NCBI GenBank assembly: GCA_036170455.1
Contig: JAVHPG010000237.1
Location: forward strand, 14,827 to 78,826
Direction of reading: 5' to 3'
Length of the DNA stretch: 64,000 nucleotides
Origin: Elusimicrobiales bacterium
Lineage (GTDB): Bacteria > Elusimicrobiota > Elusimicrobia > Elusimicrobiales > UBA9959
Positions 26,628 through 35,152 of this stretch are shown in pieces. How positions within the stretch are numbered: position 1 is the first letter of the stretch; every line of letters begins with the position of its first letter. A program made the position numbers and the translations under genes. Below the pieces are notes generated by a model. It had not been told where the DNA came from and searched no databases. It saw nothing but the letters and a program-made list of their open reading frames with translations.

Positions 26628-27305
26628 ATGGCAACCGACCAGTTATTCTTAAAAGAAATTTTAGGGTATATTCCTCCGGCCAATAAAAGACTCAAGTCCC
26701 TGGCCGCTATCCTGGCCAAGCGCCTGAAAGCCAGCCCAAGGGATTTCTGGGCCTGGGATAATCTGGCAGGTCTCTATTTCAGCGAAGGTTTCGTCCTCCA
26801 GTCTATCGACATCTACCGCAAGGTCCTCACTATCAAGGCCGACCTCCCTGTAGTGCATTTGCGCATAGGCATAGCTTATTACAGGCTGGCCCGCCTTAAC
26901 GAGGCGATAGCCGAGCTTGAAAAAGCCGTCTCTATCGACTCCAGTCTCGCCATGGCCCACTATTACCTGGGTTTCGCCTACTACCACAAAGGTAACTCCG
27001 ACCAGTCCCTGCACCATTTCCAGCGCGTTAAGGAAACCAGCCCGGAGACCCGGATAGTGTATTACCACATGGCCGAGGACTACCTCCAGCGGAGGCGGTT
27101 CCCTGAAGCCATCGATGTTCTGGAAAAACTGCTCAAGTTCACACCCTCTTCGGCCACAGCCTGGTACAAGCTGGGGCTGGCTTACCTGGGGCTCTACAGG
27201 AACATGGACGCCGCCAGGGCTTTCCGCCTGGCGCTCAAGTGCAATCCGCAGGACAAGCGCTCGGAGAGCATGCTGGAGATGATCACCGAAGTTCCGGGTA
27301 TCTGA
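26628..27305 (+). CDS. tetratricopeptide-repeat protein
   Basis: About five 34-aa repeats with the TPR pattern (for example AMAHYYLGFAYYHKGNSDQSLHHFQRVKETSP). Confidence 0.8.
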   Translation: MATDQLFLKEILGYIPPANKRLKSLAAILAKRLKASPRDFWAWDNLAGLYFSEGFVLQSIDIYRKVLTIKADLPVVHLRIGIAYYRLARLNEAIAELEKAVSIDSSLAMAHYYLGFAYYHKGNSDQSLHHFQRVKETSPETRIVYYHMAEDYLQRRRFPEAIDVLEKLLKFTPSSATAWYKLGLAYLGLYRNMDAARAFRLALKCNPQDKRSESMLEMITEVPGI

Positions 27306-28358
27306 CTACCGCGCAAGGTCCACGCTGTCATACTCCGCCGCCAGGCGCCGGTAATCGTCGGCGCTTATATCGTTCTTCCAATATCCGCCCAGCATCGCCA
27401 GCCCGGTGATCAGGCAAAAAATAAACGCTATCAGAAGCGGCAGGGCAGCCGTCTTTATCCTTAAAGCGGTACCGCGCAGCCGCATTTCAAGCGCGCCCGG
27501 GGCCGGGCACACGTCCAGGCACAGCGCGCAGGAAGTGCATTCATCCGAAAAAACCGTCGCCGTTTTGTTGACCGGAATGGCCTGGGGACAGATCCTGGCG
27601 CAATGGCCGCAATCGGTGCAGGCGCCGGCGTCCCGCTTTATCTTGACGGGGCCGGCCAGCGAGAGCAGGCCGAGCAGCGCGCCGTAAGGGCAGAGGTAGC
27701 GGCACCAGAAATACGGCACGGAATAAGTGAGCAGGAAGAGCGACCCCGTTATGAAGGCCGCCAGCGGGGTGATGCGGGCGAAAAAATAGAACATCCTTAT
27801 GTCCGAGATCTTGTTATAATCCCCGTCGAGAAAAGACCTTACGGCCGCCGTGCCCATGGCGAAGAATATTATGTAGGTAAAGAAAGCCAGGATAAGGTAT
27901 TTCAGCACGCTCAGCGCATAATCAGCCCAGCCGGGCGGGCGTTTAAAAGAGGGTGAGAAATATTTCCGCGCCCGGTAGAGCAGTTCCGAGACGAAGCCGA
28001 AAGGGCAGAGCCAGCCGCAAAAAGATTTGCCTATGGCGAATGACATTACTATTATCGCCAGAAGTATGAAAAGCCCGGCAGGATGCGCGCGGTGGACTTC
28101 GCCGGAGACGGCCCAAAGCCTGAGGCTCATGAGCGAACTTATGGGCAGGAAACCGTCCACCCCGGGCGGGCGGCGGGAAAGCTCGCCGCCTTCCTGGATC
28201 GAGGCGACGAAAATAAAGAAAGCGTAGCCGATAGAGAGAGTAAGCGCCAAAAAAACGGCCTGGATGGCAAAACGCCACCTTTGGGCGGTTTTTTCCTTAA
28301 GCGGCAGCGTCGCGCTCAAAAGCGCGCCGAGAAAAGATTTAGGTCCGGGGCCCACCAT
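27306..28358 (-). CDS. NapH/MauN-like membrane-bound 4Fe-4S ferredoxin-type protein
   Basis: Membrane CxxxCP motifs CGWLCPFG and CRYLCPYG. Two ferredoxin motifs CTDCGHCARICP and CTSCALCLDVCP. Its stop codon abuts the TPR stop with no spacer. Confidence 0.8.
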   Translation of the reverse strand: MVGPGPKSFLGALLSATLPLKEKTAQRWRFAIQAVFLALTLSIGYAFFIFVASIQEGGELSRRPPGVDGFLPISSLMSLRLWAVSGEVHRAHPAGLFILLAIIVMSFAIGKSFCGWLCPFGFVSELLYRARKYFSPSFKRPPGWADYALSVLKYLILAFFTYIIFFAMGTAAVRSFLDGDYNKISDIRMFYFFARITPLAAFITGSLFLLTYSVPYFWCRYLCPYGALLGLLSLAGPVKIKRDAGACTDCGHCARICPQAIPVNKTATVFSDECTSCALCLDVCPAPGALEMRLRGTALRIKTAALPLLIAFIFCLITGLAMLGGYWKNDISADDYRRLAAEYDSVDLAR

Positions 28359-28381
28359 ATATAAGCGCTATTTTATAAAAT

Positions 28382-28411
28382 TTGGCCAGACCTCCGACAA
28401 TTAACTATAAT
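28382..28411 (+). promoter_or_regulatory. sigma70-like promoter: TTGGCC, 18-nt spacer, TATAAT, only 8 nt before the ATG
   Basis: TATAAT at 28406-28411 and the ATG at 28420. No SD lies between them. Confidence 0.4.
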
Positions 28412-28419
28412 TTAGGAAC

Positions 28420-29553
28420 ATGAAAGTATTATCCCCTCTTTTAATCATATTAATTTCGCTTATTTCCGGCGCTTTCGCCGAAACCCGGGTTTCATTCGAT
28501 CAGAAAGGGGAACTCCCGGCCCTGGTTGAAACGATGAAAACTTCCGGGAAAACCGCCGGCGCCGCCGTCGCGCGGCCGGCCGAAGCCGCGGCAGCTCCCG
28601 GTTTCTGCATTTTTAACGGAAAGTCCGGGGCCCCGCTGGCCGGCGAGGCCGATTTTAAGGCCGTGCTGAAGGACGCCAACGCGGTTTTCTCGGGAGAGAG
28701 CCACGACCAGCTTAAAGACCACCTGGCCCAGCTTGAGGCGCTCAAGGCGCTCGGCGCGGCCCGCGGCGAAAAAGTGGCGGTCGGTTTCGAGATGCTTAAT
28801 ATGACGCTGCAGCCGGTGCTCGACGAGTACGCGGCGGGGAAGCTTACCGAAGAAGAATTCCTGGCGAAGGCCGACTGGAAGACAGAGTGGGGTTTTGATT
28901 TCAACCTTTATAAGCCCATCTTCGACTTTATCCGCGCCAATAAACTTAAAGCCCTGGCCCTGAACCTTCCCAGGAAGGTGGTTTCGACCATAGCGCGCTC
29001 CGGGCTGGACGGCCTTTCCCCCGAGCAGAAAAAATACCTGCCGGCCAAGGTGGAGATCACGAAGAACGAGGCTTACATAGCCTATATCAGGGATTCCTTC
29101 GGGAACCACGGTAAAGCCCGCGCAGGCACGGCCGCCGGCCGCGCGGAGAAAGATTTCCTCAGGGAATATATCCTCGGCAAGCGGCAGAAAAGCATGGGCG
29201 ACATGTTCACTTTCGAGAACTACCTCGCCGCTATGTGCGCCTGGAACGAAGCGATGGGCGCGCGCCTGGCCGATTTCCTGAACGACAATCCCGGCTTCGC
29301 CGGCCAGGTCGTGGCCGGCTCCGGTCACGTGATCTATAATGCCGGGATACCCGCCTCGGTAGGCTCGCGGACCAGCGGCCTGCGCTCCGTTTCTTTCTAC
29401 CCGCAGGAAGCCGCCGCCTGCCCCGCCGCCCTCCCGGCGGCTGACGCCGGCCTCTCCGATTTCGTCTGGTATTTGGACCACTCGGCGCCCAGCCGGAAAA
29501 CTTGGAACGCGGAAATAACTTTAAGGAGCACTTATGAAAAAGAACATCGTTGA
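28420..29553 (+). CDS. ChaN-like (haem-binding uptake/Tiki-TraB superfamily) exported protein
   Basis: Signal peptide. The GESHD motif and surrounding pattern (VFSGESHDQLKDHLAQL, later GSGHV) recall the ChaN/DUF399 family. This assignment is from memory only. Confidence 0.55.
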   Translation: MKVLSPLLIILISLISGAFAETRVSFDQKGELPALVETMKTSGKTAGAAVARPAEAAAAPGFCIFNGKSGAPLAGEADFKAVLKDANAVFSGESHDQLKDHLAQLEALKALGAARGEKVAVGFEMLNMTLQPVLDEYAAGKLTEEEFLAKADWKTEWGFDFNLYKPIFDFIRANKLKALALNLPRKVVSTIARSGLDGLSPEQKKYLPAKVEITKNEAYIAYIRDSFGNHGKARAGTAAGRAEKDFLREYILGKRQKSMGDMFTFENYLAAMCAWNEAMGARLADFLNDNPGFAGQVVAGSGHVIYNAGIPASVGSRTSGLRSVSFYPQEAAACPAALPAADAGLSDFVWYLDHSAPSRKTWNAEITLRSTYEKEHR

Positions 29554-31465
29554 AAAAATACTCGTTTCCCACCTGAAAGAGGGCGAATTCATAAAGGGGA
29601 AAGAAATAGGCATACGCATCGACCAGACCCTGACCCAGGACGCCACGGGGACCATGGCTTACCTCCAGTTCGAGGCGATGGGCCTGAAGGAAATAAAAAC
29701 AGATCTTTCCGTTTCATACGTGGACCATAATACCGTGCAGATCGGCTTCGAGAACGCCGACGACCACAAATACCTGCAGAGCGTGGCGGCCAAATACGGC
29801 GTGGTCTATTCCCGCCCCGGCAACGGCATCTGCCACCAGGTGCATCTTGAGCGCTTCGGCAAACCCGGGACTACCCTGCTCGGCTCGGACAGCCACACAC
29901 CTACGGGCGGCGGCATAGGCCAGGTGGCCATAGGCGCCGGCGGCCTGGACGTGGCGGTGGCCATGGGCGGCGGGCTTTTCTACACCGCGGCCCCTAAAGT
30001 TTACCTCGTGAAACTGGCCGGGGAACTTCAGCCCTGGGTGACGGCTAAAGACGTGGTCCTGAAGATGCTCGAGATCCTTTCCACCAAGGGCAACGTCGGC
30101 GTGATGCTCGAATACGGCGGGCCCGGAGTGAAAAAGCTCTCCGTGCCGCAGCGCGCCACCATAGCCAATATGGGCGCCGAGATGGGCGTGACCTGCTCCG
30201 TTTTTCCTTCCGACAATATCACTAAAAAATTCCTGAAAGCGCAGGGCCGCGAAGCCGACTGGACCGAGCTTAAGTCAGACCGCGGCGCGAAGTACGACCG
30301 GGTCATTGAGATCGACCTCTCCTCCCTGGAGCCAATGGCCGCCTGTCCGCACAGTCCCGGCATCGTTAAAAAGATCTCCGAGCTCGAAGGCAAGAAGGTG
30401 GACCAGGTCTGCATCGGCTCCTGCACTAATTCCTCCTTCAAGGATATGATGACCACCGCGGCGATACTCAAAGGCCGCACGGTCAATCCAGAAGTCAGCC
30501 TCGGCATAGCGCCAGGCTCGCGGCAGGTTCTGCAGATGCTCGCCCGCAAAGGCGCCCTTACTTCCATGCTGGACTCCGGAGCGCGCCTCCTGGAGAGCGC
30601 CTGCGGCTTCTGCATAGGCAACCATTTCTCCCCGAAGAGCGGAAGCGTGTCCCTGCGGACCAATAACCGCAATTTCGAGGGGCGCAGCGGAACCGCGGAC
30701 GCCCAGGTCTATCTGGTCAGCCCCGAAGTGGCCGCCGTAGCCGCTCTGACCGGCAAGTTCACCGACCCGCGCAAGGCCGGGATCCCGTATCCCGCCGTGA
30801 AAGAGCCCGGGACCTTCCTGGTGGACGATTCTTTCGTGATCAGGCCGGCCGACGCGGTGAAGACCGAGGTTTTCCGCGGCCCGAATATCGGCGAACCGCC
30901 CAGCAATGCCAAAATGCCGGAACAGCTGAACGGCGCCGCGATGCTGGTAGTGGGCGACAAGATCACCACCGACCATATAATGCCCGCAGGGGCGCGCCTG
31001 AAATACCGCTCCAATGTCCCGAAATACGCGCAGTTCGTCTTCGAGAACGTGGATCCCACTTTCTCCAAGCGCTGCCTCGAGAGCAAAGCCGCCGGCGTCC
31101 ATAACGTGATAATCGCCGGCGAATCCTACGGCCAGGGCTCCAGCCGCGAGCATGCCGCGATGTGCCCGATGTACCTCGGCGTGAAAGCCGTGGTCGCTAA
31201 GTCTTTCGAGCGCATCCACGCCGCGAACCTCCTGAACTTCGGCATAGCGCCGCTTACCTTCAAGAACCAGGCTGATTACGATACGATAAAGGTCGGCGAC
31301 AAGCTGACCTGCGGCGATTGGCGCGCCGCCGCTGCCGAGGGAAGACCGGTAATTCTCAAGAACGCCCGCACCGGCGCTTCCATAGAATGCGTCTGCGATC
31401 TTTCCGCGCGCCAGAGGGCCATCCTGACCGCCGGGGGACTTCTTAATCACACCACGGGAAAATAA
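29534..31465 (+). CDS. aconitate hydratase (643-aa aconitase-family enzyme)
   Basis: Aconitase motifs GSDSHT, IGSCTNSS, CGFCIGN and NRNFEGR. A swivel domain is present in the same polypeptide. Confidence 0.9.
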   Translation: MKKNIVEKILVSHLKEGEFIKGKEIGIRIDQTLTQDATGTMAYLQFEAMGLKEIKTDLSVSYVDHNTVQIGFENADDHKYLQSVAAKYGVVYSRPGNGICHQVHLERFGKPGTTLLGSDSHTPTGGGIGQVAIGAGGLDVAVAMGGGLFYTAAPKVYLVKLAGELQPWVTAKDVVLKMLEILSTKGNVGVMLEYGGPGVKKLSVPQRATIANMGAEMGVTCSVFPSDNITKKFLKAQGREADWTELKSDRGAKYDRVIEIDLSSLEPMAACPHSPGIVKKISELEGKKVDQVCIGSCTNSSFKDMMTTAAILKGRTVNPEVSLGIAPGSRQVLQMLARKGALTSMLDSGARLLESACGFCIGNHFSPKSGSVSLRTNNRNFEGRSGTADAQVYLVSPEVAAVAALTGKFTDPRKAGIPYPAVKEPGTFLVDDSFVIRPADAVKTEVFRGPNIGEPPSNAKMPEQLNGAAMLVVGDKITTDHIMPAGARLKYRSNVPKYAQFVFENVDPTFSKRCLESKAAGVHNVIIAGESYGQGSSREHAAMCPMYLGVKAVVAKSFERIHAANLLNFGIAPLTFKNQADYDTIKVGDKLTCGDWRAAAAEGRPVILKNARTGASIECVCDLSARQRAILTAGGLLNHTTGK

Positions 31466-31493
31466 CGGCGGCGGCCCGTCCGCCGCTCCTCGG

Positions 31494-31532
31494 GAAAATG
31501 GTTACGGCGTGCAGTACGCCGTAACCATTTTC
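31494..31532 (+). promoter_or_regulatory. perfect 16-bp inverted repeat (7-nt loop) spanning the start codon of the next gene
   Basis: GAAAATGGTTACGGCG-TGCAGTA-CGCCGTAACCATTTTC. The GTG start at 31509 is the last base of the 5' arm plus two loop bases. Confidence 0.6.
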
Positions 31533-33605
31533 TTGGGCGCTTTCCTGCTGTTCCAGGTTCAGCCGCTGCTGGGCAAGGCCATCCTCCCCTGGTTCGGCGG
31601 AACCCCGGCCGTCTGGACCACCTGCATGCTCTTCTTCCAGGCCCTGCTGCTCGGGGGCTATGTTTACGCGCATCTGGTGGCCACCAGGCTGAGGCCGCGC
31701 GCCCAGGTTTTCGTCCACCTCTCCCTGTTGTTCGCCAGCCTGCTTTTCCTTAAAATCCTGCCCTCGGACGCGTGGAGCCCCTCCGGCCCCGGTTCGCCGG
31801 TCTGGAAGATTCTCCTTATCCTGGGCGCAAATGTCGGTGTTCCGTATTTGGTGCTTTCTGCGACCAGCCCGCTCGCGCAGGCCTGGTTCCGGGGTGTCAG
31901 CCCGCGCCGGTCCCCTTACAGGCTTTACGCGCTTTCAAATGCCGGCTCCCTGCTCGCGCTGCTTAGCTATCCTTTCGTTTTTGAACCGCTCCTGACGCTT
32001 AAAACCCAGGCCGCGCTCTGGGCCGCGCTCTATGTTTTGTTCGTGCTGGCCTGCGGATGGTGCGCGCTTTCTTTTCTTCGTTCCGCGCCCGCCGTATTAA
32101 ACGAAGGGGTTCCCGCTGGGCCGGCGATCGGGGATAAAAAATCGGAGCCCGGCTGGCGCTCGCGGAGCTTGTGGTTCCTCCTCTCTGCTTGCGGGTCCGG
32201 CCTGCTTCTGGCCACCACCAACCAGCTAACGCTGAACGTGTCCGTGGTCCCGTTCATGTGGATCCTGCCTTTCAGCCTGTATCTCCTTTCTTTCATCCTG
32301 TGTTTCGACAGCGGGCGCTTTTATAAGCGGTCCGCCTGGCTCGTCCTCCTCGCCTGCTCCTGCGCCGGGATCTGCTACGTGCTTTACTCTGATATTGCGG
32401 TGCCCGCCCTGGCGCTGATAGCCGTCTGTTCTTCGACGCTTTTCGTCGGGTGCATGGCCTGCCACGGCGAACTGGCGGCGCATAAACCGGCCCCGGAATA
32501 CCTGACGGGCTTCTATGTTTTGGTCTCAGCCGGCGGCGCTTTCGGCGGCCTGCTGGTGGCCGTGGCCGCGCCGCTCCTGTTCAGGGGGCCGTGGGAGTAC
32601 CCGCTGTTCTGGCTGCTCGTCCCTTCAATTATGCTTGCGGTCGTCCTGCGCGAGGAGAAAGCGCCCGTTTCAATGAGCTACCGCGCCCTGAGGCTTGTCT
32701 CTATCTGCCTGTATATAGTTTTCGCCGGCCTGCTTTACGGCTATTACAGGCTTGAAACCCGGTCGCTGCTGGTCATGGAGCGGAATTTCTACGGGACCCT
32801 GCAGGTGTTCGAGTCGAGCTTCGCGGGCTCGAAGATAGTTACGCTCATGCACGGGCAGGTCAAGCACGGCTTCCAGTTCGCCGAAGGCGATCCCCGGCGT
32901 AAAAAGCCGGTTTCCTACTACGGGCCGGCGAGCGGCCTGGGGGTTTCGATCCGGGCGCTCCGCGGAACCGGCCCGGCCGGGCGGCGGCCTCTCCGCATTG
33001 GGGGGGTGGGTCTCGGCGCAGGGGTGATGGCGGCCTGGGCGCTGCCCGCTGACCGGCTGACCTTTTACGAGATCAACCCGCTGGTCCTCCGCCTGAGCGG
33101 AGAGTATTTTTCTTATCTCCGGGACGCCGCCGGTATCGTAAACGTTGTGATGGGCGACGCGCGCCTGAGCCTGGAAAGGGAAACCGCGCCCGGCGCCGCG
33201 CCGCGGCCGGAGCCGCTGGACCTGCTTGCGATAGACGCTTTTTCCAGCGACGCGATCCCGCTTCATCTGCTGACGAGAGAAGCCTTCGTGATCTATTTCA
33301 AAAGGCTGGGGCCCGGCGGCGTTCTTGTTGTCCATCTCACCAACCGGTTCCTCGACCTGGAGCCCCTGGTCCGCGGCCTGGCGCTGGAGCGCGGAAAGAA
33401 AGCCGTAGTGATCGACGATCAAAAGGACGAAGCGGCTGGCTCCGAGGCGGCCACCTGGATGCTGGTCACCGGTAATGAGAAGTTCCTCTCCGATCCCCTC
33501 GTGAAAAGCAGCGCCGCGGCCCTGCCGCCTGATCCCGGAACGCTCGTCTTTACCGACCAGTACAGCAATCTTTACCGGCTGCTCAGGCATTCCGCCGCCC
33601 CGTGA
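31509..33605 (+). CDS. fused polytopic membrane domain plus spermidine-synthase-like methyltransferase-fold protein
   Basis: About 12 TM segments with a conserved N-terminus (TIFLGAFLLFQVQPLLGKAILPWFGGTPAVWTT). The C-terminal domain has GGVGLGAGV and DAFSSDAIPLHLLTREAF. Confidence 0.75.
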   Translation: MQYAVTIFLGAFLLFQVQPLLGKAILPWFGGTPAVWTTCMLFFQALLLGGYVYAHLVATRLRPRAQVFVHLSLLFASLLFLKILPSDAWSPSGPGSPVWKILLILGANVGVPYLVLSATSPLAQAWFRGVSPRRSPYRLYALSNAGSLLALLSYPFVFEPLLTLKTQAALWAALYVLFVLACGWCALSFLRSAPAVLNEGVPAGPAIGDKKSEPGWRSRSLWFLLSACGSGLLLATTNQLTLNVSVVPFMWILPFSLYLLSFILCFDSGRFYKRSAWLVLLACSCAGICYVLYSDIAVPALALIAVCSSTLFVGCMACHGELAAHKPAPEYLTGFYVLVSAGGAFGGLLVAVAAPLLFRGPWEYPLFWLLVPSIMLAVVLREEKAPVSMSYRALRLVSICLYIVFAGLLYGYYRLETRSLLVMERNFYGTLQVFESSFAGSKIVTLMHGQVKHGFQFAEGDPRRKKPVSYYGPASGLGVSIRALRGTGPAGRRPLRIGGVGLGAGVMAAWALPADRLTFYEINPLVLRLSGEYFSYLRDAAGIVNVVMGDARLSLERETAPGAAPRPEPLDLLAIDAFSSDAIPLHLLTREAFVIYFKRLGPGGVLVVHLTNRFLDLEPLVRGLALERGKKAVVIDDQKDEAAGSEAATWMLVTGNEKFLSDPLVKSSAAALPPDPGTLVFTDQYSNLYRLLRHSAAP

Positions 33606-33637
33606 GACGGCGCCGCGAAACCCGCTCCTGCGGGATT

Positions 33638-33666
33638 TTGACAAAGAAAAAATAATTACATACAAT
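33638..33666 (+). promoter_or_regulatory. sigma70-like promoter of the nuo operon: TTGACA, 17-nt spacer, TACAAT
   Basis: TTGACA at 33638-33643 and TACAAT at 33661-33666, about 60 nt before the nuoA ATG. Confidence 0.5.
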
Positions 33667-33725
33667 TTATTCCGTCATGTAGTTCGGAAGCAAGAGTCTT
33701 GAAGGCATTTTAGCGCTGCAACCTT

Positions 33726-34082
33726 ATGCTCCTAGCCTACGCCTCGATCTTAATTCTCCTCGTAATAGCCACCCTTTTTGCCGGCGGGACCCTGTTCGCC
33801 TCCTACCTGGTCGGCCCTAAGGTCAAAGACACGTTCAAGCATACCGCCTACGAGTGCGGCATGGAAGCCGTCGGCACGACCACCGTGCAGACCAATATCC
33901 GCTTCTATACCTACGCCCTCCTTTTCGTCATCTTCGACGTAGAAGCCCTGTACCTCTTCCCCTGGGCCGTAGTGGTGCGCTCCATGGGCGGCCCGGCCCT
34001 CGTCGAGATGGCTATCTTCCTCGGTATCCTGGCGGCCGGCCTGGCCTACGCCTGGAAAATGGGTGCGCTGCAATGGGAATAG
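33726..34082 (+). CDS. nuoA: NADH-quinone oxidoreductase subunit A
   Basis: 118 aa with 3 TM segments, the YECG motif, and FDVE..LYLFPWA. Confidence 0.9.
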   Translation: MLLAYASILILLVIATLFAGGTLFASYLVGPKVKDTFKHTAYECGMEAVGTTTVQTNIRFYTYALLFVIFDVEALYLFPWAVVVRSMGGPALVEMAIFLGILAAGLAYAWKMGALQWE

Positions 34083-34618
34083 TACTCGACAACCTTTCCA
34101 AGATAGAAGCGCTGCCCGGCGGCGGCATAGCCCTCGCCACCTCCGACGAACTTATTAATTGGGCCCGTACCTCCTCGGTCTGGCCGCTTACTTTCGGCCT
34201 GGCCTGCTGCGCCATAGAGATGATGGCCGCCTACGCTTCGCGCTTCGACTTCGAAAGGATGGGGGTTTTCCCCAGGCCCACGCCCCGCCAGGCCGACGTG
34301 ATGTTCGTGGCCGGCACCGTGGCCAAAAAGATGGCGGACCCTATTATAAGGATATACAAGCAGATGCCGGAGCCCAAGTTCGTCATCGCCATGGGCGGCT
34401 GCGCCAACTGCGGCGGGCCCTTCTACGATTCTTACGCCGTGGTGAAAGGCGTGGATAAAATAATTCCCGTCGACGTTTACCTGCCCGGCTGCCCGCCGAG
34501 GCCGGAAGCCCTGATGTACGCCGTGATAAAGCTGCAGGAGAAGATGAGGAAGATGACGGTGAAGGGCGGCCATGGAGCGACCCCTCTCCAGGAGACAGGC
34601 TCGAGGAAATTAACCTGA
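34073..34618 (+). CDS. nuoB: NADH-quinone oxidoreductase subunit B
   Basis: N2-cluster motifs [19 protein letters not shown] and LPGCPPRP. I chose the start at MGIVLDN, overlapping nuoA by 10 nt. Confidence 0.9.
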   Translation: MGIVLDNLSKIEALPGGGIALATSDELINWARTSSVWPLTFGLACCAIEMMAAYASRFDFERMGVFPRPTPRQADVMFVAGTVAKKMADPIIRIYKQMPEPKFVIAMGGCANCGGPFYDSYAVVKGVDKIIPVDVYLPGCPPRPEALMYAVIKLQEKMRKMTVKGGHGATPLQETGSRKLT

Positions 34619-35151
34619 TGACCGCCGACGAAATTTTAGCCAAGCTGCAGACCTCTTTTCCCGGCCTTGTGAAGTCCGAGGCCCAGGTAAAGGACTATCC
34701 CACCTGGACCGTGCCGGCGGAAGCCGTGCGCGTGGTCTTCGAGCGGCTCCATTCCAAATTTTCCTTCAACTACCTCGACGTGGTGACCGCCACGGACTGG
34801 TCCGGCCCCGTCAATCCAAAGGGCTACCCGCAGTCCCCGGCCGTGACCGCCGGCGCGGCCGCGGCCCCGTCGGCTGCGGCCAGGGACGTTTTTGAAGTCG
34901 TCTATATCGTCAGCGCCCTTTCCACCGGGATGCGGCTCTGTATCCGCTGCGAGGTTCCCAGGAAAGAGGCGGCCGTGCCCAGCCTTTACGGCATCTTCAT
35001 GGCGGCCGACTGGCAGGAGCGGGAAGCTTACGACATGTACGGGATAAAATTTGAAGGCCACCCCAACCTGAAGAGAATACTGACGCAGGACGGGCAGCAG
35101 GGCTATCCTTTAAGGAAAGATTACGAGCACCTTGCGGATAAATTCGATTAA
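34618..35151 (+). CDS. nuoC: NADH-quinone oxidoreductase subunit C
   Basis: TGATG junction with nuoB. The C-terminal motif is [26 protein letters not shown]. Confidence 0.85.
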   Translation: MTADEILAKLQTSFPGLVKSEAQVKDYPTWTVPAEAVRVVFERLHSKFSFNYLDVVTATDWSGPVNPKGYPQSPAVTAGAAAAPSAAARDVFEVVYIVSALSTGMRLCIRCEVPRKEAAVPSLYGIFMAADWQEREAYDMYGIKFEGHPNLKRILTQDGQQGYPLRKDYEHLADKFD

Positions 35152-35152
35152 C

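Noticed and set aside
24744-27305. An integrated mobile or defence island at tRNA-Arg.
   Set aside because: I found no integrase, recombinase, transposase or direct repeat of the tRNA 3' end. The only tRNA-derived match is an 11-nt inverted segment. Base composition looks like the rest of the window.
27303-27308. Zero-nt spacing between the convergent TPR and 4Fe-4S genes, considered as evidence of a mis-call or a gene fusion.
   Set aside because: Both reading frames end in proper stops (TGA at 27303-27305 on the plus strand, TAG complement at 27306-27308). Both proteins are complete by motif content, so this is simply tight packing without a terminator.
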